Source: Candidatus Heimdallarchaeota archaeon | Lineage (GTDB): Archaea; Asgardarchaeota; Heimdallarchaeia; Heimdallarchaeales; Heimdallarchaeaceae | DNA: 40,323 nucleotides | Assembly: GCA_019057375.1 (NCBI GenBank) | Contig: DXJF01000089.1 | Coordinates: forward strand, 1-40,323 | Direction of reading: 5' to 3' | In this document: positions 34,093 to 40,323 of the stretch, in pieces | Position numbering within the stretch: the first letter of the stretch is position 1 | Layout of the letters: every line of letters starts with the position of its first letter | Position numbers and translations under genes: made by a program | The notes under the pieces: model-generated | Seen by the model: only the letters and a program-made list of their open reading frames with translations | Told to the model about the DNA's origin: nothing | Databases searched by the model: none

Positions 34093-36186
34093 CTAATCCT
34101 CCTCCTGAGATCCAGTGAAATACTTCAAAGGTACTTCTATAAATAGAGGTCTTTGCACAAATGGTGTTATTTCATCGTAAGAAATACCTTCTTCTCTGAA
34201 CAGCTTCTCTATTAGTTTTGAACAAGTTTTAGCTCCACAAGCCCCCATTCCAACTTTTGATTTAGCTTTCAGTTCATTTGCATCAGTTATTCCCATTCTG
34301 ATTAAAGCTCTGATTTCTCCAGCTGTAATTCTTTCACATCTACAGATTATTGCTTCATCGGGGATTATATCCTGATACAACTCTATTTCCTTAAGTTCAT
34401 AGGCTTTAGGAATTTTGAATGATACTGCTTCCAAAGCAACTTCTTTGGGTAGTTTTACTGTAATAAGTTGAGTCTTAGAATATTTTTTCAAAATTCTAAC
34501 CATATCAACTTCATGAATTCCCAACTCCTCTCCATCTTCATTAACCACCATAAGTTTATCTCCCTCCTCTACTTTTTCAACAAAGATTTCTGTTGGAATT
34601 GTTACTTTAGGAAAATTTGAATCGTCTCTATAATCTAGAAGAGTAACTGCTAAGCCCGGACAAACTGCAACACATTGAGCACAGCCTATACATTCAACAT
34701 CTTGTTCTTTTTTAAATTCTGGTAAACCTAATATTCCACCTTCAGGAATAATAATGAGTTCTTTGGGACAAACTGAAGTACAGGGATTACAAGGTATTTC
34801 TTGATTACAATGAAAGACAGGATAAATTCCTTCTTCCCTGATAGGTTTCTCTATTTTTACAACTGGACCTGGATGACTTTTGAGAATTTCAGCTTTGTCT
34901 TCCCATTCAATTGGCACATCTTTTTTGGTAAGACTAAGAGATTGACCTATTTTCATACCTGCAATTTTACCACTGAACATTGCAGAGGAAGCTTCAGCAA
35001 TTTCTAGAGCATCTCCTGCTGCCCACACATCCATACCAAATTCCTTTGCTTTCATGTAAAACTCATTTACAGGATCTAAACCAATTGCAATAAGAATTGT
35101 ATCAACTTCGAATGTTCTTTCTGTTCCTTTAATCGGTTGAAATCTCTCATCTATTTGCGATATTGTAACAGCTTCAACATGATTTTTTCCATGTGTAGCT
35201 GTAACTGTATGTTGAGTATAAATTGGAACATCTAACCTTCGTAGCTTATCTTCATGAACTTTGTATCCCCCACACTTTGGAAGAGCTTCAACCAATCCTA
35301 CTACCTCAATACCTGCTTGAATGGCATGATATCCAGCGATAATTCCAACATTCCCTCCACCTATGATGAAAATCTTTTCGCTTGATTTAACTAAATCACG
35401 GTTCACTAATGTCTGAAAAGCTCCAGCTCCATAAACCCCTGGTAAAGTATTACCTGGAAAAGCAAGCATTTTTTCTCTCGCACCAGTTGCAACCAGGAGT
35501 TTCTTCGGATTAATGTGAACATACTTATCGCCCTTAAGTACTCCAACTAATTTATCTGAAAAAACAGCTATACAAGGACTATCTAACCAAACATCTATGT
35601 TTTCAAACTCTTTTATCTGTTCTTCGAGTATCTTAGCAATATCAATTCCTCGGGTCCCAGCGAATGAATCTTTAACAGACCCAAAAAACTTGTGAGTTTG
35701 TAGAAGAAGTTTACCACCAAGTCGATCTTTATCATCAATAAGAATGATTTTAGCTCCAAGTTTAGCTAAAGTCAGAGCTGCTTGCAATCCTGCTGGACCT
35801 GCACCAATTATGAGAACATCTGTATCTATTGTAGGAATTGGTTTGAACTCCACTTCTTCATCATCTTCTGGAAGAGGAGGATAATCTTCAACACTCTCAA
35901 TTTTTTGACTCTCTTTCAGAGGAGTCATACAAGATTTGAGAGCAATACCATCAACTAAAACTGTACACTGAGCACATTGACCATTTGCACAAAAAATTCC
36001 TAAAGGTGCTTTATCTTCAGGATGTTTCCCAAAAATCTGAATTCCGTTGGCAATAAGAGCTGAAGATATCATCTCCCCCTTTTTACCAAACAACTCTTTA
36101 TCATCAAAAGTAAATTTTACAAATACAGATTCTTCTTCTTGTAAAACGGGATGATTCTTGATTCTTTTTTGTTTATTGGAAAACAT
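34093..36186 (-). CDS. Fused sarcosine oxidase / proline dehydrogenase alpha-like subunit (2Fe-2S, FAD/NAD, 2x[4Fe-4S], BFD-like [2Fe-2S])
   Basis: CANGQCAQC, GAGPAG, ATGARE, GGGNVG, CNPCTSVCP, CIGCAQCVAVCP, ICRCE...GMGACGAKTC. Confidence 0.87.
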   Translation of the reverse strand: MFSNKQKRIKNHPVLQEEESVFVKFTFDDKELFGKKGEMISSALIANGIQIFGKHPEDKAPLGIFCANGQCAQCTVLVDGIALKSCMTPLKESQKIESVEDYPPLPEDDEEVEFKPIPTIDTDVLIIGAGPAGLQAALTLAKLGAKIILIDDKDRLGGKLLLQTHKFFGSVKDSFAGTRGIDIAKILEEQIKEFENIDVWLDSPCIAVFSDKLVGVLKGDKYVHINPKKLLVATGAREKMLAFPGNTLPGVYGAGAFQTLVNRDLVKSSEKIFIIGGGNVGIIAGYHAIQAGIEVVGLVEALPKCGGYKVHEDKLRRLDVPIYTQHTVTATHGKNHVEAVTISQIDERFQPIKGTERTFEVDTILIAIGLDPVNEFYMKAKEFGMDVWAAGDALEIAEASSAMFSGKIAGMKIGQSLSLTKKDVPIEWEDKAEILKSHPGPVVKIEKPIREEGIYPVFHCNQEIPCNPCTSVCPKELIIIPEGGILGLPEFKKEQDVECIGCAQCVAVCPGLAVTLLDYRDDSNFPKVTIPTEIFVEKVEEGDKLMVVNEDGEELGIHEVDMVRILKKYSKTQLITVKLPKEVALEAVSFKIPKAYELKEIELYQDIIPDEAIICRCERITAGEIRALIRMGITDANELKAKSKVGMGACGAKTCSKLIEKLFREEGISYDEITPFVQRPLFIEVPLKYFTGSQEED

Positions 36187-36261
36187 AATTCCACCAGTTG
36201 GAGCTTAAGTCAGATTTTTCAGAGTTAATTATAAGTTTTCAGACATGGACTTTATGTTGAG

Positions 36262-39237
36262 CTAATAATAAGACTTTCTCCTACGAATAAAGTATTTATA
36301 CGTTTCAAGCGTTACTAGAGGTATAGTCACAGCAACTAGAATGACTAACCAGTCAAGAATACCTAGGGGGAGAAATTCAGGAAGGAAGGGAAGGATTTTC
36401 TCAGCAAATATCTGTAAAGGTTTGATATACATTAGGAGAATATGCAGTAATGGAACGCTGAAAACAAGAATAAAAACTATCCATTTTCTATCTTCTTTGA
36501 ACGAACGAAAAATGGATTTATTCAATCTTCTTAGACTTAGAACTACGAGACTTTCAGCAATAACTAGTACTGTAACGAACATAGTTCTTGCTTTAGCATG
36601 TGCAAGTGTAACTGGAGAAGAAAGCACAGATCCTGGTTCTCCAAAAAGAATGGGTATTATTCCAGTCTGGTTGAAACTTGAAATCGAAAGTAGATTGAAA
36701 TAACCAAGCAAGTAGACCAATCCACCTGAAAAAGCAAGAGACAAAGCTAAAACAACAAGAGCGAAGATATATCTTTTATTGAAAATTTCTTCATCATCTC
36801 TGGGAGGATAATCCATAATCTCTGCGGTAATACTGTCAAATATGAAAGCTAAAGGAGGGATTAAATGAGCGGTAGAAAAGATGTAAACTCGTTGAAAATC
36901 ATTAACTAAATGGAAACCAGGAATAAAAGAACTAGCAAAATAGATGATAGCTTCAGCAATGTTAAGAGTGATATAAAAGAAAATCATAACACGTATACGA
37001 TCAAATAAACCACGACCTTCACGAATACCAAGAACAGTACTAGTGAAACTGTCATCGGCAATGACAACATCAGAAGCTTGCTTAGCAACTTCAGTTCCAG
37101 CTATACCCATACAGATACCAACATCTGCATTGGTTAAAGCCAAAGCATCGTTAACCCCGTCTCCTGTCATCGAAACTATTTTCCCTTTTCCTTGATATTT
37201 CCCTACTATCACTTGTTTGTGTTGTGGTGATACTCTTGCGAATATTCTTGTATTGAAGAATTCTTCCTCTGTTAATTTCTTTATTTGATTTCCTTCTACT
37301 GCAATCTCTTCTCCCTTTATCATCCCTACTTTTTTTGCTATTGCTTTTGCAGTTATTGGTGAGTCTCCAGTGATCATTATTGGTGTTATTCCAGCTAGGT
37401 AACACTCATCTACAGCATCTTTAACTCCATATCTTGGTGGATCTAGCATACATACGAATCCATTGTATATCAGCTTATTTTCTGCATCATCTCTAATATT
37501 AGGAATAATTGTATCCTTATCCATTGGACGTAGACCTAGAGATATTACTCTATATCCTTGAGCTGCAAATTTACTCACATTTTCCATTATTTTCTCTTTG
37601 TCTTTCTTTTTAATTGCCCTATATTTTTCCGGTTTTCCTATGTGAGTGCATAATGGCAAAACTGTTTCGCTTGCTCCTTTGCAGAATAGTGTATACCCTT
37701 CTTTATCTTGGAATGTTTTACTCATTCTTTTCAATATTGAGTCAAAATTAAATTCTGATAGATATCCATATTGTTTTCTTATCTCTTTTTCCACTATTCC
37801 CGATTTGTTGAATAGAGCCAAAAATGCTCCATCTGTTGGATCTCCTGTTGTTTTCCACGATATTTGGTGATGAGGTTCGAACACTTCTTCTACTATTAAG
37901 TGAGCATTGTTGTTCAATAACCCTCCAACTAGCAGATATTCTAGTGAAGAGTCTTCTGCAAATGGCTTTAATGAATCTGGTAAATGATACTCATCGAATG
38001 ACTCTGGATACTCTTCTCCTAGTGGATATATTGCTCCTTTATTACTATATCCAATACCAGAAACTCCATAAAACTGCTCTGTGTCCCAAATTCTTTGAAT
38101 TGTCATTTGGTTTGAAGTTATTGTTCCTGTTTTATCACTACACAGTATGGAGCTTCTCCCTAATGTTTCTACAGCTGAAAGATTTCTTATTATCACTCTA
38201 TCTTTTGCCATTGACAATACTCCTGTCAGAAGTATTAATGTTGTTAACAGGGGGATGCTAATTGGCATAATTGACATAGATGTAGTAACTGTGATTACAA
38301 TATCTTCTAGGAAAACAATATCACCAAGAGTACCATTGATTGAATGTATAATTGCTTTGTAAATAGCCGAAACCAACAAGAATGCAACAACTGTTAATCC
38401 TAACCACTTCGCTAATCGGTTGACTTTGGATCTGATTGGTATCTCATTTGAACCTATTTCTTGCAGTTCAACAGATAATTTTCCTAATTCTGTAAATATA
38501 CCTGTATTTACCACTAATGCAATTGCTCTTCCAGATTCTAGAAATGTTCCAGTGTAAAGCATATTGATTCTTTGTGAAATTGGAGTATCTTCTTCTAGAC
38601 ATTCTCGGGGAGTATTTGTTTTCTCAACTGCTACTGATTCCCCAGTAAGTGCACTCTCGTTTACTAAGCAATTGCTAGCATAGATAATTCTTGCATCAGC
38701 AGGAATCCTGTCTCCTTGATCCAGTTCAATCAAATCTCCTGGAACTAATAAATCAGCTGTAATGCTTTCAGGGACTCCATCTCTTATTACTGTAGATGAT
38801 GGGGCAGATAGCTTATGAAGTGCATCAAGTTTGAATTGAGCTCTTATTTGTTGGAAAATTGTAAATATGATATTTGCACCAATAATCAACATCCAGAAAC
38901 CTATTTGTCCCCAGACATCTGATGATGATTCTTTGAAAACAAAAGCTTTAATCAATCCTAATATAACCATGATTACTGCAACAATAAGGTAAATATTGAT
39001 GAGCCAATTAAGAAGGGGAGAGATATAAACGTCCCATATCGAACCTTTTACTTTAGGGATAACGTTAGTTCCATATTGTTCCAATCTTTGTTCTACGATT
39101 TCATGCTTGAGACCAAACTTTACATCAGTCTGTAAATCTTCTGTAATTTTCTTTATTGTAGCATTATGAGAACGGAGCTCGATTTGATCATCATAATTTA
39201 GTTTCTTTTTCCCCATCGTTTTCAACCAATATGCCAA
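36262..39237 (-). CDS. P-type ATPase on a P2-like scaffold with non-canonical transport-site residues
   Basis: LVPGD, LTGES, phosphorylation site CSDKTGT, KGASE, DPPR, MITGD, TGDGVNDALAL; M4 reads PISIP instead of PEGLP. Confidence 0.9.
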   Translation of the reverse strand: MAYWLKTMGKKKLNYDDQIELRSHNATIKKITEDLQTDVKFGLKHEIVEQRLEQYGTNVIPKVKGSIWDVYISPLLNWLINIYLIVAVIMVILGLIKAFVFKESSSDVWGQIGFWMLIIGANIIFTIFQQIRAQFKLDALHKLSAPSSTVIRDGVPESITADLLVPGDLIELDQGDRIPADARIIYASNCLVNESALTGESVAVEKTNTPRECLEEDTPISQRINMLYTGTFLESGRAIALVVNTGIFTELGKLSVELQEIGSNEIPIRSKVNRLAKWLGLTVVAFLLVSAIYKAIIHSINGTLGDIVFLEDIVITVTTSMSIMPISIPLLTTLILLTGVLSMAKDRVIIRNLSAVETLGRSSILCSDKTGTITSNQMTIQRIWDTEQFYGVSGIGYSNKGAIYPLGEEYPESFDEYHLPDSLKPFAEDSSLEYLLVGGLLNNNAHLIVEEVFEPHHQISWKTTGDPTDGAFLALFNKSGIVEKEIRKQYGYLSEFNFDSILKRMSKTFQDKEGYTLFCKGASETVLPLCTHIGKPEKYRAIKKKDKEKIMENVSKFAAQGYRVISLGLRPMDKDTIIPNIRDDAENKLIYNGFVCMLDPPRYGVKDAVDECYLAGITPIMITGDSPITAKAIAKKVGMIKGEEIAVEGNQIKKLTEEEFFNTRIFARVSPQHKQVIVGKYQGKGKIVSMTGDGVNDALALTNADVGICMGIAGTEVAKQASDVVIADDSFTSTVLGIREGRGLFDRIRVMIFFYITLNIAEAIIYFASSFIPGFHLVNDFQRVYIFSTAHLIPPLAFIFDSITAEIMDYPPRDDEEIFNKRYIFALVVLALSLAFSGGLVYLLGYFNLLSISSFNQTGIIPILFGEPGSVLSSPVTLAHAKARTMFVTVLVIAESLVVLSLRRLNKSIFRSFKEDRKWIVFILVFSVPLLHILLMYIKPLQIFAEKILPFLPEFLPLGILDWLVILVAVTIPLVTLETYKYFIRRRKSYY

Positions 39238-39387
39238 TTACAGATTACAATTACTTATCGAATTTAAAACTTTAATGGGAATATGATGTAATCGCATTCT
39301 TTATATTTTAAGCAAAGTTTAATAAAACTATCACAAAATGATTATTATAAGATAATCAAAATCAAAAACGCAAAACGAGAGATTACA

Positions 39388-40200
39388 ATGAGTGAACAAC
39401 CTTCAGGTCCCCCAACTGGTCCCCCCGGTGGCCCGCCTAGAGGCCCACCTAGAGGTCCTATGTTTATGAGGGACGAATATCAAAATTTAATAGATGAATT
39501 TACAAAAGATGTTAAAGCTAAATTGAAGAATGATATTGAGAGTCTTATATTGGTTGGTAGTGTTGTTACCAAAGAGCATATTGCTGGAGAATCCGACTGT
39601 GATTTTCTCATTGTTCTTAAGGAAAAAGCTTCTGGAGAAAATCTAGAAAAAACTATGGTCAAGATAAGTGAAGTTGTTGCCAAATATTTAGAAGATCCTC
39701 TATATAGTCCGCTCCTAGATGTCGAAGTTTTAACAAATTCTGAAGTTCCAAAAGAAGGTGAGGGAACAGATTATCCCTGGACTAGAGTTTTAGTAGCTCA
39801 GATGGGTAAAACTCTGATCGGAAAAAATCCTTTTGAAAAAATCAAAATTAAGGAAGAAGATATTAAATCATCAGCAAAAGAAATGGCAGCTATGTTTCTG
39901 GAACAAATGGTGGAAATTCCTAAACTTAATGAAGAGGAAGCTGATGAATATGATAAGCTCTATCTTACTGTAGATGCTATTTTAGGCTGCGGTTGTGCTT
40001 ATCTTTATTACAATGGTGAAAAAGAATTTTACAGAAGTTCTGCAATCATTTTATTTGAAGATAAATATAAAGATAAGATTGACATTGAACCAATTCAAAT
40101 TAGTCACCGATTACGACTAGCTGCAAAGACAGTCAACACAGATAAATTTGCACAGAAAGCTACTAAATTCTGTAAAGAAGTAGTAAAGCAACTTTCCTAA
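39388..40200 (+). CDS. Pol-beta superfamily nucleotidyltransferase with helical C-terminal domain
   Basis: LVGSVV...ESDCDFLIV (GS...DxD) and third Asp in LLDVEV; helical C-terminal region. Confidence 0.78.
   Translation: MSEQPSGPPTGPPGGPPRGPPRGPMFMRDEYQNLIDEFTKDVKAKLKNDIESLILVGSVVTKEHIAGESDCDFLIVLKEKASGENLEKTMVKISEVVAKYLEDPLYSPLLDVEVLTNSEVPKEGEGTDYPWTRVLVAQMGKTLIGKNPFEKIKIKEEDIKSSAKEMAAMFLEQMVEIPKLNEEEADEYDKLYLTVDAILGCGCAYLYYNGEKEFYRSSAIILFEDKYKDKIDIEPIQISHRLRLAAKTVNTDKFAQKATKFCKEVVKQLS
39400..39459 (+). repeat. (x-Gly-Pro-Pro) tetrapeptide repeat at the nucleotidyltransferase N-terminus; local GC-rich island
   Basis: PSGPPTGPPGGPPRGPPRGP; CCTAGAGG repeated in the DNA. Confidence 0.8.
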
Positions 40201-40214
40201 GATGGGGATGAAAG

Positions 40215-40323
40215 ATGTCAGGACAAACCAGAATTGACATACTTGTTGAAAGAGTTGAGAGTTCCTTAATTCTAATGACTGGAGAATCTGGAACTGCAAA
40301 AGAAGACCTTGCGCAAAAATATA
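40215..40323 (+). CDS. 5' end of a CDS running off the right edge, possible P-loop protein (MSGQTRIDILVERVESSLILMTGESGTAKEDLAQKY)
   Basis: ATG at 40215, 14 nt after the previous stop, open to the edge; LILMTGESGTAK resembles a Walker A variant. Confidence 0.6.
   Translation, partial: MSGQTRIDILVERVESSLILMTGESGTAKEDLAQKY

Noticed and set aside
36262-39237. Calling the ATPase a Ca2+ pump or a bona fide P4 flippase
   Set aside because: Cation ligands in M4 and M6 are missing, but it keeps TGES rather than DGET and no CDC50-like gene is nearby, so neither label is supported.
1855-40299. Short antisense or out-of-frame ORFs in the track (e.g. 1855-2043, 2654-2839, 3334-3552, 4496-4750, 4967-5209, 5563-5781, 6904-7149, 7230-7496, 7819-8016, 7863-8105, 10900-11190, 12301-12495, 12815-13039, 15624-15884, 17901-18152, 18149-18442, 23835-24044, 25443-25832, 25813-26037, 25911-26108, 29282-29479, 31614-31886, 32669-32869, 34801-35007, 36341-38362 set, 39480-39683, 40117-40299)
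   Set aside because: All lie wholly or largely within longer ORFs with clear family motifs and show none themselves. The Ser/Thr-rich ones at 25443-26108 are the expected reverse-strand shadow of Glu/Pro/Val codons.
1-40323. CRISPR array, tRNA, rRNA, transposase or integrase
   Set aside because: No regularly spaced direct repeats, cloverleaf or rRNA-like GC-rich tracts, or transposase motifs were seen; intergenic gaps are all under about 270 nt. This was a visual scan only.

Overview
AT-rich, gene-dense archaeal window, most likely from an Asgard archaeon. This is inferred from five to six small GTPases (Arf/Sar-like, Rag-like, Roc/Rab-like), several longin/roadblock/uDENN-type domains, an archaeal tRNA splicing endonuclease and AGGTGA ribosome-binding sites. 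I count about 33 real CDS including two partial ones at the edges, and found no rRNA, tRNA, CRISPR array or transposase. Two GTPase modules stand out. (i) 1329-4115 is a tight operon of a Sar1/Arf-like GTPase-longin fusion, a G3-degenerate GTPase-longin fusion and a longin+gelsolin-like protein. (ii) 23848-32842 holds a Roc-like GTPase, a 1589-aa receptor-like surface protein (Ig-like repeats, one TM helix, cytoplasmic uDENN/NPRL2-like longin) and two convergent Rag-like GTPases. Other oddities are a P2-scaffold P-type ATPase with a flippase-like PISIP motif in place of PEGLP, an apparently circularly permuted family-5 solute-binding protein, a KaiC-like/thioredoxin gene pair, and two CrtI-like paralogs flanking an M23-MarR-NmrA block. 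All family assignments come from motif recognition by eye, and reference sequences are recalled from memory; no searches were run.
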